Shown here: positions 1-26,000 of the stretch, in pieces
Position numbering within the stretch: position 1 is the first letter of the stretch
How the letters are laid out: the number at the start of each line of letters is the position of its first letter
Notes under the pieces: model-generated
The model's input: only the letters and a program-made list of their open reading frames with translations
Told to the model about the DNA's origin: nothing
Databases searched by the model: none
Position numbers and translations under genes: made by a program
From: Botryllus schlosseri
Taxonomy: Eukaryota
Direction: 5' to 3'
Assembly: GCA_051294905.1 (NCBI GenBank)
Contig: CM119372.1
Span: forward strand, 10,170,001-10,234,000
DNA: 64,000 nt

Positions 1-683
1 TACAGAATTCAAGGCTGATTTTGGGGCGCTTCGGCGCCATTATTGGTCAAATAAAATTAATATTTCCGTTATCATCACCACATTAGCTTTTGATTCATAG
101 TGGATTTATCAAATTTCTTGCTTTGTCGGTCCAAATTTTGCCCTAAATTCCCTTTGGTCAAGTGGAGAGAATGATATAACCCAGCGTGCGTGCGAGCGAG
201 CAGTGCTATTTGGCTTTGTCCGCACTGCTCTAGGACACTATGGCTGTATTGCTGTTGGACGTAACAATGAAATTATTACCCATAATGCAACAATTGCTTT
301 AAATAGCCTACTGTTCGGACGGTGTAGTTATGTGTTTGTTTGTTGTAGTAACGCCCTGTTGGGGGACCGCACCCCACTGTCACGCCACACAGTTCAAGAA
401 CCCCTAAACTAAAATAAGCCGAACTCATCTTTCAAAGATGGTAAAAAATTTCTGACACGCCATAAACGAGTTGGAGTCAGTTTGAAACATACAGAAGTTG
501 TAACGAGCTGAGAATGTCAGTGTCATAGGAAAAGGTATGGGGAAAATGGCAACTGGCGACCTGAAAAAACTTTCAAAAATGTAGCATTTTATTTGCATTG
601 CAACAGATATCTATCTGAGTTGAATTGCTAATGGATAACACCTAAATTTTGTGAAGTCGGCCGACTTGTAGCAAACCGGGAAA

Positions 684-12594
<11,911 letters not shown>

Positions 12595-14019
12595 TCGCGA
12601 GATTTCGTTCCGCGTCACCTTTGAGGACGCGCTAATTGACGAGGCTTCCACACGTTGTCGGGGACCTGACGGACGATTTTGATCAAAGCGAATGTCAACT
12701 GTTTCGAGGGCGGTTCGCTTAGGATAATTTTAGTACGGCGCATATTCAGAAATAGCCTGCAATCATGTGCCAAATACCGGCTTCGTTTTATTATGGAAAT
12801 GACAGCTATTCGTATTTCTGATGCCAGTATTAAGGATCAAGTTGGTCTTGTCATCAACTATAGGGTGCCGATGGCGAAGTTACGACGTAGTCTTGATGTA
12901 ATGTTGACTGGATTGCAATAGCTGCCATACCGTTACATGTATAGACGGGTGAATAAAAAATGCTTGTGCCTCTTGCAAACCTTAGGATCTCGACTATCAA
13001 AGCCATCTCAACGATATCATGTTACTACTTTGCCGAAAATCCTTTGGCCTTCTTTCACCTTGTAACGATGAGATGCATCTTATTTCGAATAGTAGGCCTA
13101 GTGTACTCGGGAATTAACTGCGTATACCGTATATCATATACTTATTTAATTTACAATTTTGTTGTTGATTCACTAACAAAATTTATTGTGTTTTTTTCGT
13201 GCTGATCTTCCCTATTCTACTTCTTCGCGTATTGTTTGGTGTGAGCGATTTGTTGCACCACATTGTGCTCGCTTTATATGTGTTTATGCACGACAATGGA
13301 AAGTGCGCTACTCGTCCTTGCTGCAAAATGCACGGCTCGGAAGTCTGTTTCAGTATATACTTCAATAAATAAGTTAACCTGACCTGCTGCGTGGCCCACT
13401 GCACTGAAGACCTGTGTTATACGAGGTGTGGGTGTTTAAGCGCTGAAGCCAGTTGGGCTGTTCTAAATGTAATAGCAGGCAAGGTCTGAAGAGTGGATGT
13501 GGAAGAGCAATACCAGGCGTGTGAGTCGACATATCGTTAGATTGGAGCAGGACTGAGCAATACGTCGATTGCGAATGTGACATCGGTGGATTTTGTAACG
13601 TTGGAAAAGTTAACGTTGTGGGTATCGGTTCACAATAGGTTTTATGTGGCAGTTAGGGGCGATTGTCTTGCGTACTGGTGTGGCTGTGTGTTTTGTGTAC
13701 TCAAAAAAGAAAATAGATGCTCCGTAATGACAAAAGTTAAAAGGAAATACGACGACAGTTTTGGGTAGTGGGGAATGAAAGACTCTGAGGTGGGGAATGA
13801 AGAAAAAAGGTTGTGAACCACTGCTCTATTCAGAATCGATATCACTCAGTTTCTCGATTTTGCCCAGTCCTGCTTATAACGTAGTCGGCATGCTTAAAAA
13901 GATCCAACATAGCTGCATTGGCAACTATTGTCAATTCATTATTGCGTCATAAAGACTCGCTTTGGAACCTCGGTCGGATAGTTTCATTTTGAAGTAAAAT
14001 AAAAGAAGGATGTCGCGAA

Positions 14020-17000
14020 ATGTCTGATGAGGATGAGCCGGCAACTCCGCCAAATGGACGGGAACGCAGTTCCATATCTGGCGAAACTGAAGAATCTAAT
14101 AGCACAAACTTAGTCCGTGAAGATGATTTCGACGATTCAAGCCTAACGACACAGGATCCGGATCAGCCCGTGAGATACCAATATTTTCACTTTCAGATCC
14201 GTTCGGCGCGTGTCGCTAATACGAATAAACGCAGCGTTGTTTCATTGTAATTTAGTTCACTGGATGTGTCTATAGCCTGTCAGTTGATTCAAACGTAGAG
14301 GTTTATCGATAAGCCTGGCCTGCGCGACCAGAGGAGTGCAGTAAATTCAATACAACGGCAGCCCCTTAACCCAAATAAACTGATATTGGCAACTGCAATC
14401 ATCTGTTGCTCAGGATGAAGAAATCGGCGTCGAATCTCTGCTGGAAACCCCTATATTTGAAACTGAAAAGGCACTTGCCGAACCACCGTCTTCTGTTGGG
14501 CAAGTGAGTAGATATCGTCTGTCTTGCAATCAGTAACATTTTTCAAACCTTCCTCGTTTCTATAGGATGAAAGCATCCCAGAAGCAGAATCGGCGGAGCT
14601 CTGCTCAGAATTGAGCTCGGAGATACTGCCTTCCCGTAAAAATTCTTTTCAGCCATCCGGTGTGCGAGTACAGTGCGGAAAGGTAAGCAATTGAGCATGG
14701 CTTAGCGAAGGGGTTTTCTTTGTATGAAACCAGAGTTTGAAACCAGTTTGGGTTGACTACACGCTGATGAAACTACGCACGCAATTTAGGCTTATCATTT
14801 ACAGATTTCTTGGGTTAGAAAAATAAAACGGAAGCGGCCGTTATACAAAAACACACGGTAAATATCAGAAGATTCCACTAACTTCTCGGTGATGTTGTTT
14901 GTGATTAATTTCTGTTAAAACTGCTTGTTTGCCAATTTTCGATCGGCATCATTACTGAAGTAATAGCAGAGGTGGTCAAAGTAGTCAAGAAAGCTACTCA
15001 AGTAGAATTAGAAGTAGCGACGAAAAAATCTACTCAGGTACGAGTAGAAGTAGGCCTACTTCTTCAATAGGCAACTCAAACTTCTTGAAGTAGAATGGAC
15101 TGACTTTGAATCTACTCAAGTAAGTAAGTAGTTTTAAAAACAGTCATAATTCGTTCGCATGGACTGTCAAAAGCTGCAAATTGAGCTATGCGGAATGTGC
15201 AGAGAGCTTGATTCGTAGGCTATTGATGCATCCCAGGAGGTATCAGTTTTCGACAGAATAATCATTCTTTTGCATCATGGGATGCAAATTTTTTATAGTA
15301 TTGATATGAAAATGCGATAATAACCCTTTGTTTACTATAGAAGACTCCATTTTAGAGAGCATCGTGGCATGGCGCCCTACCCCATATTATAATGCCCCAA
15401 GTTTAGACGGAGAGCAATACCGAGAAGTTGCATCGGATACGGTTTCAACACTTTGCGCTATTAGTATACGGAAATAACAAATATTCTGGATCGTAAAATT
15501 TATATTTAGTGCAGCTTTATTTTCGGAAAATAGCGGCATTATTACACTTGCTTTCATTCTTCAACATGTACGTTCTGCAGACAAAAGAACTGAAACTAAT
15601 TAGAACTCAAAGGATGATACTCGGTATTGAAAGTGAAATGCAAATGCCACTTCCAAAAAGCGGAAAATATATTTCATGTATTTTGTCCATAAAGTTTTAA
15701 AGGTGATCAGCTAAAACAGGTGTAACGATAAAAAGCCAGATTTTTCAGATTAGCAGGGAATGTCATGGGCTGCTAGATGACGATATGATAGGTAATTGCT
15801 AGATTGCGAAACGGTAGTTTCAAACATTATGGTGGGCCACATTTACTGTGATGAGAAATATCTGATATGGACGTCAATGCGATGTGAGCGGAACCCAGCA
15901 ATCCGCGACCTAATTTATATTCACTGATACTTTGAACTCTGATCCTCTGTCACTTATTAATAACTGTACCGGTAGCGGTTTTTTCTATGCTCTGGGAGGT
16001 ACAATCGAGGACAATTATACTGGCAAAGTTAAGTTACCTGAATGATTCGATTTCAAAGCGAGTATATCAGGCATAGGCCTATCACTCATTTAGACGTCAT
16101 GGAGTGTGGATGACGTGAAAAGTTCAAAGATGTCGGGTTGTAGGCAGGGCCGTAACTGCCGCACCCCAAATCCCCCAATTGGGGGGGAGAGCTCGAAGGG
16201 GGCCCAAAATTATTTCTTGAATTAGCATAAATTATAGAGTATTTTTTGAAAATTTATGCACCTTTTTCAAAAAATTTTTGCGCTAGGCGCGATTTCAAGT
16301 TGCCAAGTATCTTGATTTTGGGGTACTCTTCCCCCAAGAAAAAATACGCAAGATTTATAGAAATGGGCATATCGGCGGTGGCCATTACCGAGTCACGATG
16401 TACCAAGATATATATATAAAGTTTTAGGCCATGTAACATGCGACTCCGATAGAAGTGCGCCAGAACGGTCGACCGCGAGAAAACCTTGGTCGAAAAGGAC
16501 TGCCCTTATATGCTGACTGAAAACTTCTTTATAAATACAAAATACATATAGGTTTAATTAGGCGCCTAAATGACTGGCGCCGAATGTTCCTGTCTTGGCA
16601 ATCGGAACCTCACAAGACAGATACCGTCCCGCAGGCAAAAATTATATACCAGTGAAGAAATACCAATTTGAAATCGTGTTCGTCTTTTAGTTTAGTTGCC
16701 TACGTTTGGGCGATTCTATATTTTTGATATACGATATAGCAGACAGGAGGTCACGAAATAACATCATGTTACGGAGTCATATACCAACGGGCCCTACAGT
16801 TTCCATAACACTTCACTCAGCTCTACCGGTAAATCTGATTACGTGAGCATAGAGGACAAGAAATTGATAGCAATATAGCCTCCCAGAAGTTCGGTTTGTC
16901 ATCATATGAGGGGCCCAAGACCGACGTTTTGAGGGGGGCCTGACGAAGCGCTGTTACGGCCCTGGTTGTAGGCCTACCTTTTACTAGGCAGCCACGAAGA

Positions 17001-20000
17001 AAATTATGCCAGTTATACACCAAATTGAAGGTAATTTTCTACTTTTCGGCCGTGGCTCTTTATTGCAATTCCATACAATGCTGTGGGTAGATCACGACTC
17101 CACATTAATGTCAGTGCGTAGCTTTGTACTACATATATCGTCTTTCAGTACTGAATTTGGATCTTTACGATTTAAAACTCGAAATCGAATCATCGCCTTA
17201 TATGTCAACGACATTTTTGAAACCTCCTCATTGAACACCACACTGTTCGCTGATGATACTCACCTCCTCTCTTCCGCATCTTCGACGGCAGAGCTGGATG
17301 CCCTGACTGGTGACCAAATGCCCAAAGTCCATGAGTGGACGGCCCAGAACAACCTTTGCATAAACGCCTCGAAATCGCAATTGCTGACAGTCAATTCAAA
17401 AAATAACCTAACCGTTAATATCGCTGGTCAGCCCGTTTCCAACACAGATAATGCCAAATATCTCGGAGTTTTACTGGACTCGAACATGTCCTGGAAGAGT
17501 CATATTCAGTCCCTAGAAACTAAATTATCACCGAAGTGCGGCCTGTTCTACAGCCTTGGGCGCTTCATGCCAGCATGGGTTCTCCTGATACTCTTTAAAT
17601 CCTTAATCCAATCGAAGTTACATTATGGCATCCTCTGTTGGGGGGCTGCCAGTAAAACTGCACTCAAGCCACTGCAGAAACTACAGCATAAAGTGCTCCG
17701 AATCATAGCTAGGGCCCCAAAGGGGCCTGGCTGCCCATCCAATAAGTCGCTGCTGAAGAGATTCGGCGTCCTAAACATAGAAGATATGCGGAAACTAGAA
17801 ATCGCCAAGTTTATGTATCAGTTTCACTGCGGTCGTTGCCCCGAATATTTCAATGACTTCTTTACCTCTGAATCAAAAGCGCACAAGTACAACACACGCG
17901 CGTCCACGTCGTCCAAATATCATATGATCGATCGAAAAGATCATCGCTCCATCAAATATGCCGGACCTGATGTGTGGAACAGTATCCCGCCGGCCATCCG
18001 ACAGTCGACGAGCATGTCCACATTCAAGTCGAAATACAAGCAATTACTACTAAATAAATACAGTCCATCCTCAAGATTACCGGACCACGACTGACCTATC
18101 GATCTCGCTTCCCATGACATGCCGCCCTATTTCTTGTCGCTTTCTTTTTCTATACTGTATCCTTTACTTTCATTCAGTGTGCATTAGGGTTGTCCAAAAT
18201 TTGGAAAATCTTAAAAATACCCCGTGATTGTGTCTCATTCCATAGATTATTGATAAAAAATAACAATGAGCCCAAAAGCAGCTCACGGGAAAGCCGTTAA
18301 GATTTCGGCCAAAGCGTTTTAAAGTAGCTGCCCAAGAATGGGCGTGCCACCGACCATAGAACGGCGAGAAGACTAGTAATCAAATAACCACGGCTCCTGA
18401 TTGGCCAATTGGCTATGCTTCAATGATCACCACAGCAACAACTTGCTGATTATGTGCTCAAGGAGTCTGCTACCGGTGGGGATTCTGAAATCGCGTTGTT
18501 GGTAGGTTGGCAGATGATGATTTAAGATTAATTCAGGACATGTTAAGGTACGAAATACATGATGAACAATCAACAGCTGCTTCACATAAACTTCTACAGC
18601 ATGACTGCTTTGCTGTGAAGGAAACGGCGGTAGCCTACATGCCGTGTTTTCATCGAGGGAAAGCAAAGACGATTATGCAAGTAGTGAACGAATTCCCCGT
18701 TTCAGAAGGGATCCATCATCAGTGAATACAAATATAAAGCTTGACCATGACACTATACTTTGTGAGAGCTTATTGGACTCAAGTTGTAGTATATAGTTGA
18801 TATTTTGAATGCTCTAGGGATTGACTGAATCAGCCGGTTGTGCTTGGCAGTTATACTTACAGCAAATTGAATTCACATGTAAGTGTTGTCAAAGTCCTTA
18901 ATGATGCTGCAGAAAAGAGGTGTAAAGTAAGCACAATGCTGGATATCATGTCCAAACTATGCTGGATACTATGCAGTATAGTCTGTGATTATCTTTACAC
19001 CTATTTTCTGCGGGATCAATAGGGACTTTGACATACCACATTGGGCATAGCCTGTGCGAGTGTGCGTTATCATTAGGGACTTTAGCAACACTTACAAGTG
19101 AATTCAATTTACTGTAAGCATCTGATGAGTGCCAAGCATAACCCGCTGATTCAGCCGATTCCAATATCATTCAAAACGTTACCTATATATTACAGCTTGA
19201 GCCTAATAAGATCACACAAATTACGGTATCGTGTCATTGATAAGCTTTATATTTGTGTTCACTGATGATGGATCCTTTCCAAACGGGGAATTCGTTTACC
19301 GCTTGCATAAGCGCCTTTGCTTTCCCTCGGTGAAAACACGGCATGTAGGCTACAGCCGTTTCCTTCCAATAAAGCAGTCATGCTGTAGAAGTTTTTGTGA
19401 AGCAGCTGTTGATTGTTCATCATGTATTTCGTACCTTAACATGTCCTAAATTATTCTTAAATCATCATCTGCCAACCTACCAACAACTCGATTTCAGAAT
19501 CCCCACCGGTAGCAGACTCCTTGAGCACATAATCAGCAAGTTGTTGCTGTGGTGATCATTGAAGCATAGCCAATTAGCCAATCAGGAGCCGTGATTATTT
19601 GATTACTAGTCTTCTCGCCGTTCTATGGTCGGTGGCACGCCCATTCTTGGGCAGCTACTTTAAAACGCTTTGGCCGAAATCTTAACGGCGTTCCCGTGAG
19701 CTTCTTTTGGGCTCATTGTTATTTTTTATCAATAATCTATGGAATGAGACACAATCACGGGGTATTTTTAAGATTTTCCAAATTTTGGACAACCCTAGTG
19801 TGCATGCCTCCTCTTTACTACGCCTAGGCCAAGGTGGGTGTCCGATTCCATTGACAAATCCAAGTCGCTTCGACATCTTCCTGTCTATTCATTGTATCGC
19901 ATTTTTTGTGGTGTATTGAACTGATAAAATTGCTAATAAACCAATGATGATGATGATGATTGTTCCCATCCATAAGGACAATAAATGAAGCGTCCGTGCG

Positions 20001-23000
20001 CAACACTACCATTTTCAGGTCCCTCCGTGGTGTCCCGGAACGCCCCCTGTCGACAATGCCCTCGTGCTTGTACACAACCAACTGGTAAATTTGGAGAGTC
20101 GTTTCCAAAAAGATCTCCACAGCCTCGAGGCGAGATACTTCGAAGAGCTGTACGGACCGTTGCTTACGCTGCGTAATAGGTTACTGGAGGCATCGAAGGC
20201 TTTCAACACCTACGAATCGTGCGAGAGGAAGACTAGAACAAAACCGTGGGTCTAGAATCGATTCGTCGGGGACCCCGTTGTTGAGATCAAACTTTTCATA
20301 CGCGTCAGGTGTTATTTTCGGGAATGGGACGATTGTGAACATGAGGCTGCAATGTCAAGGCGACGGATCTCGGATATAGGTCTGACCGAGTGTGATCTTT
20401 TCGATTCGTGTTCTAGCGTTATTGCGGCAGAAGAGTTCGGCGAGGACACATGGTGCGCGCTGAAGCATATGTTGTGCAGGATTTCAGATGGTTCGTACAT
20501 TGTAAACAGTAACGATGTGTCGTCGATGGGATTAGGAACCGATCTTTTCGTAAAATGTAAATGCATTGTAACGATTAATCACCTGCAAGCTATATGGGCG
20601 TCTGTATGTCGGGTGAGCAGTTATACCAGTGGTTCCCAACGTGGGCGATATCGCCCCCCAGGGGGCGATTTGGCGGTCTAGGGGGGCGAAAATGACGAAG
20701 GGGGCGACAGGGGGGCGAAAATGGACAAAGGGGGCGACGGGGGGCGAAAATAGCGAAGGGGGCGATAACGCGCCAAATCGGCTGACCTTTTTTTTTTTTT
20801 AGTCAACCCACGGAAATTTAGTTACAAAAGTGTGTAAAATTAGACATCGTGCCGATTTGACCTTTTTTTTTTAGTCAACCCGCCGGTGATTACAGTTTGT
20901 ATGCCCAATTTTCGGTACACAAAATTTGGGGGGCGATGATCGCTGTTGACCTTGAAAAGGGGGCGAAAAAGGTTGGGAACCACTGAGTTATACTGTTGTT
21001 GATGATGCTTCGACAGCAATGGACATTTTACACTCGGCCAATATTATTTTAATGATTACTAAGCTGCTGACTTATAGCACGGCTCATATAGTTGTTCAAA
21101 AACTTTTGTTTCAAATTTTACTGGCTAGAACGTTTTACTGACAACCTAACGTGGAATTGTTTTAAGTTGTCTGAGAAAAACGCTACATATCAAATTTGGC
21201 TCAATTCAAATATGTAGAAGCTATTAGAATAGAGAATTGTGGATTTTTGAAAAAAAAAATTCAAATTTACCAGGAGCTCGAACATCCGCTGAAATGGTTA
21301 GGTTGCCCAAAAAACGATGTAGCCCTTGACAAATTTGGCTCAATGTGAGCCAGTGGAAGTGAAGTTATTGTTCGGATTTGAAAACAATTGTTGAAAGTGG
21401 AAAATTCTATCATTCGGCTATATGCTTGTAAACGAGAAGTGAAGCGTATTCACATGTCTTGATTTTCACATAGCTGCCGGGAATCACGATGTATTGCTTT
21501 ATGCTTGAAAATAATTTGAAAGAAGTCAATTTTATTAAAAGAAAAACTCACGCAAACATTTTGATTATAGCCATTTCACCAAAGAAACAACACAAGTACA
21601 CCAGTACCAAAAAACGAACACATACATCATTGGAAAACCTACAGATACAAATCATAGCGCAATGACATCTCTCTAATTTATAGTCTTGCTTATGCGTTAG
21701 AAGATTTAAAATCTTGGCGCAGCTTGCGAATGGTTTTCGTACTGTTTTGCACACGAGAACAGGAATAATTCACGCGTACGTTTTCCCGACAGCTCTGCAA
21801 CTGCGGTCGCGACACAGCGACTGCGTCATCCAGCCGCATAAGTTCTGGTATCACGTGTTCAAACGGTCTGCCCCGATTCTGAGCGCAATGGTGGGCAGGA
21901 ACGACGCCGAATTTCTCGGATGCATACGCGACGTCAGAGTCCGTCTGTACAACGCGAATTGGCCAGACACTTGCCAGTTCAGAACCGGAGTCAAAAGAAG
22001 GCACCCCCCCTTTATAAAGAAATGCGGGCGACCGCGAGGCCCCGCGAGATATTTGTCTTCTTGCGGGTTAGACTTTTTGCCGCAGGACGATTGCTTTGAT
22101 CCAGGTCAGAAATCTTTTCGACTGAGTTGAGATAGTTGGAGGAATTAAGGTTGTCTTATTATCCCAATACAGCGTTTTTGTCTGTAAGCGAAAGCACGTC
22201 CGACGTGGCCATGAATTGCGTTATGGATGAACCCGCGGATTGCGATGCCGAAGACAGTCCGGTGGTCGGCTTTGAGCTGGAGTTTGAACTCTACCCGAAT
22301 ACCATCGTTCAAAACTCGATCCTGCGAAAGCGGTACCTCATAGACGTGGGACCGCAGAAGGAAGATTTCACGAAAGTGAAAAAGCATAAAGACTTTAAGG
22401 GTCCGACTTGCGACATGAGCAAGGTAACCGCTTCTACCGTGTGTTAGGTAGGGTTACCATACGTCCTCTTTTAAGAGGATTTGTACTCTTTTTTGACTTT
22501 TTTGAAAGTGTCCTCGGAGGACGCCCTTTTGTCCTCTTTTTTGAGATTTTGTCCTCTTTTTTGAAAATTTAGGTCAGATTTAGAGCAAATTGCGAGTGAT
22601 ATGACGTAAATTAGCACAGAACTGACGCACCGGCGGGTATTTCGGAGTGAAAATCGGTTATTTTAGCTCTGGGCGGAAAGATGACCTTTTTTTTTCTTTT
22701 TTTAGTCATCCACCTAGCAATGCGAGAAGAAAAAGGGTATTTTGAGCTCTGAGCGGAAAATATGACCTTTTTTTTTAGTCAACCGATCACAAAGTGGGAA
22801 AAATTCACCGGTTTTTGAGAATTCTTCTCCGGTTTTCCAAGTCTCAAATTTCTGAAAAAGTGTCCTCTTTTTTGATTTCCAAAATATGGTAAGCCTAGTG
22901 TTACGACATGGGTAAAAGTAAATTGTAGTGATGATGATCCCTAAAAGGTTGAACGCGATCATTTAGAAAATGCGAACACGTACATAATGGGTCGTAATGC

Positions 23001-26000
23001 TAATTTAAGTATAGCCTACACTTTTTGAATTGCAATTTCAGTGGAGGTCGTAAATGTCTGCTCAACTACAAGTATAGCCAATAAGTAGCGATTTCTAAGT
23101 CAGGTGAAAACAAATACTTCAAATAGGAGTAGAACATAAAAAACCACACCACAAACAGGTACCATCTTTAGACATCTATTCAGCAGTTACCGTGATGATG
23201 ACGTTTTCACACGTCTCGTATGAGGATCTTACAAGTATAACCGACGGCAACTTAACCCAAAACTAATAGAAGGAGATTATTCGTGTTCAGGAACATATGA
23301 TCATATATATCTAAGCCGGCATGAATTCGAACTGTGGTATCAATTAGCGAGTCCGTGATCTCCCGCTTTCACCAATACCAATATGCCACACATATCACAT
23401 TACAATACATCAAGATCAATCGCTCCATGTCGCGCGCAAATGCATAGCATACGCGACCTCGGCAGACTATTTTCACAAATCAAAATGTTCCAATCTGCTC
23501 GAGAATCCGTATCGTAATGACACCGATTTGAGCTGATTGTGAACTTGTCATCTTTTGTTTTCTCGAGGCTGTAATACATCTTCCGATCGTCATGTTTTTC
23601 TATTAGCGTAAATCGATTACGGCTATTACGCCCATTTGGAGTTTGTTAGGAGCCATGTTTTGCAAATTCCAATTAATTCCATGTCACATTGTCAACCTTG
23701 AATAAGTATGACATCACAACCGCTAATTAACATGATCTTTGATCACTGGCGATCTTTGATCACTGGCCAGCGATGATAGGCGTGGCGGCTTCTTACTACA
23801 ATACAGTAGGAAATTTCAATCATTACATTTCGCGTACAATCGGATAACATCTCAGCGGGAGATCGCGTGCCGCTGCGCACAGTCGATTGTTGCTAATGGA
23901 TCCACTGATAATATGAATTGCTGAATTACATATTTTGTGATACGATTGTTGATATACAATGTTCTTTCCAATTCTCTACTAGTTGCTGACGATTACCCCT
24001 GACGAGTGTCAGCCGAAAATATTCGGGTTCATTTCAATATGAATATACTATTTAATTTTATATTGAAGTTCTGTACCTCCAAGAAGCTCTTCAAATTGCT
24101 GAATTGCAGACGTGCTGAGAAATAGTGGAGATACAATCCGCATTTCAAAAGGACGGCTTGTAATGAGAGTGGTTTCGACCCTAAAACCCAGCTGACTACG
24201 TCACTATTCTGAATAGCTGTGAATTTCACCAATTCATAATACCGCAATTACAATGCAACGAAAACGAATGCTACGAAAAATGGAAGGGTTATCATAGGTC
24301 CTATACTGAGATATTAGGAATATGCCGTTTGCGCGGTTTCGCAAATGAGTGTTTATTATGCGTTTCCAAGAAAGGCGGGTCTCATCACCAGCGACGGAGT
24401 GGGCGAAGAGAGCAGCGACAGCGACGAGTGTCCTCGAACGAAAAGACGTAAGAAGGGCGGAGACAGTTTTCACTACCTGCTCGATTACCAAGGACCGCGG
24501 CTCGTGGGGATAGAGGGCAGCACCGTCAGATGGAAGTGTGGCGCGAGCCGCATGCCAAAACGTACGCGTTTGTAACAACTGGGACTGGGCACGATGATTA
24601 GAATAACGCGAAACAATAACTTCACATTGCTAATATATTCGCTAAATGCATCTGAGCTTCTGTACCTCAAATGGCTAGTTCAAATACAATGGTTCGCGTA
24701 CCGACATTATTGGCTTCTTGTCACTGAGAATTAATTTATCAATGAGAATTATAGTCCACATGCCTTCATTCGCTCCAATATAAAAACATGTTACAAGACA
24801 AGGCTGCACAGTGCGCACTTTGGTGGAATAAGCGATGTTTCGGTGAAATAGTGATTGGCGTTGAAAATATGCAAACGTATCATGTTTACGTAATTAATAA
24901 GCATTCTCGCCTGGTGAGGAACCATACTTCTGGATACAGTAGGAAAACACGGAACCTTACATTTTCATATTTTAATGAAAGCTTGTGTACTCCGTCGCGG
25001 AGACGCCGGCTATCGACCGGCGCATCTGCCGGCGGAACCTCCCTATCCCGGCGAGTCGTGCGACGGAAGCCCGTCTTTCCTCGACTTTTTCGGCTGGAAT
25101 TGGGACATATACAGAAACAGAATCATGACCAACGACGCCCGTCGAATGATTCATGTCAAACCGAGAGAGGTGACCGAGATCATCACTAGGTAATCGCCAC
25201 TGATCTATTGACTATTTCTGATTTATGACCTTGGCTAATGTCTTGTTTAGGGATTACGAGGTGGGAATGTATATTCGCGAATTCGTCATACCGAGAGCGT
25301 TCGATATATACAGACGGTGTCGCCGAGATTCCACTACGGGTGCTGGTAAGAGATATATACCAGGGCTCGCCGAATCAAAATGGGTCGCGGGCCACTTTTC
25401 ATATTTCATTGCGGCCGCGGGCCGCATGAATTCAAATTCGATATAAAATAGGCAACTACGTTTTAAAACTCTACGTCAGTACAACGCTCTGTTACCTAAC
25501 ATATGCGATGGGCATTGTGACCACAAAAGAAGTAGTATTTTATTAAAGGAATACAAATACAAAAATAATTCATTATCATCGATTTCGTTTTATTTTGAAC
25601 TTTGTTCTGTGCACGATATCTGGAAACGCTTTTCGGCCACTAAGGAATCGATATTAGGACCAGTGAGTGAGTGAGATGCAATACTAGCTGAAAAACCATC
25701 TCCACGTAAAGCTTTGATCTTGGGAGAAAGCCCTACGTCAGTGGTTCTCAAACTTTTTTAGACAAAATGCTAGTAATTCCAACGGATATTTTGATGGCAT
25801 GGAAGGTTATGACTGTTGATGAGAGAATTCTATAATATGATTTCCGAACTATACACAGAGCAATAACTACACGAATTCGAGGGAAATCGCGCGAATAAAA
25901 TCTCAGATAATGACCGCAGCTCCGTCAGACGCTTTCACGCCCCAGAAGAGTTAGGGTTTGTTTGAGAACCACTACCGTACGCTGTTATCTAAGCGTATCG

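Noticed and set aside
13415..13881. Possible solo LTR (tgttata...tataacg)
   Set aside because: One end is not the canonical CA, no TSD is found, and there is no second copy in the window.
13981..14020. Abi-NAP1-like operon junction (AATAAA at 13998 near the ATG)
   Set aside because: The best acceptor lies upstream of the AATAAA, and Abi has earlier poly(A) signals (about 12952 and 13365). The geometry does not match the G3BP-GLMP case.
17006..18094. 362-aa ORF as a standalone RT gene or host-RT fusion
   Set aside because: LINE homology starts only at about 17196. The first ~63 codons are intronic sequence that happens to be open, so this is a truncated insertion.
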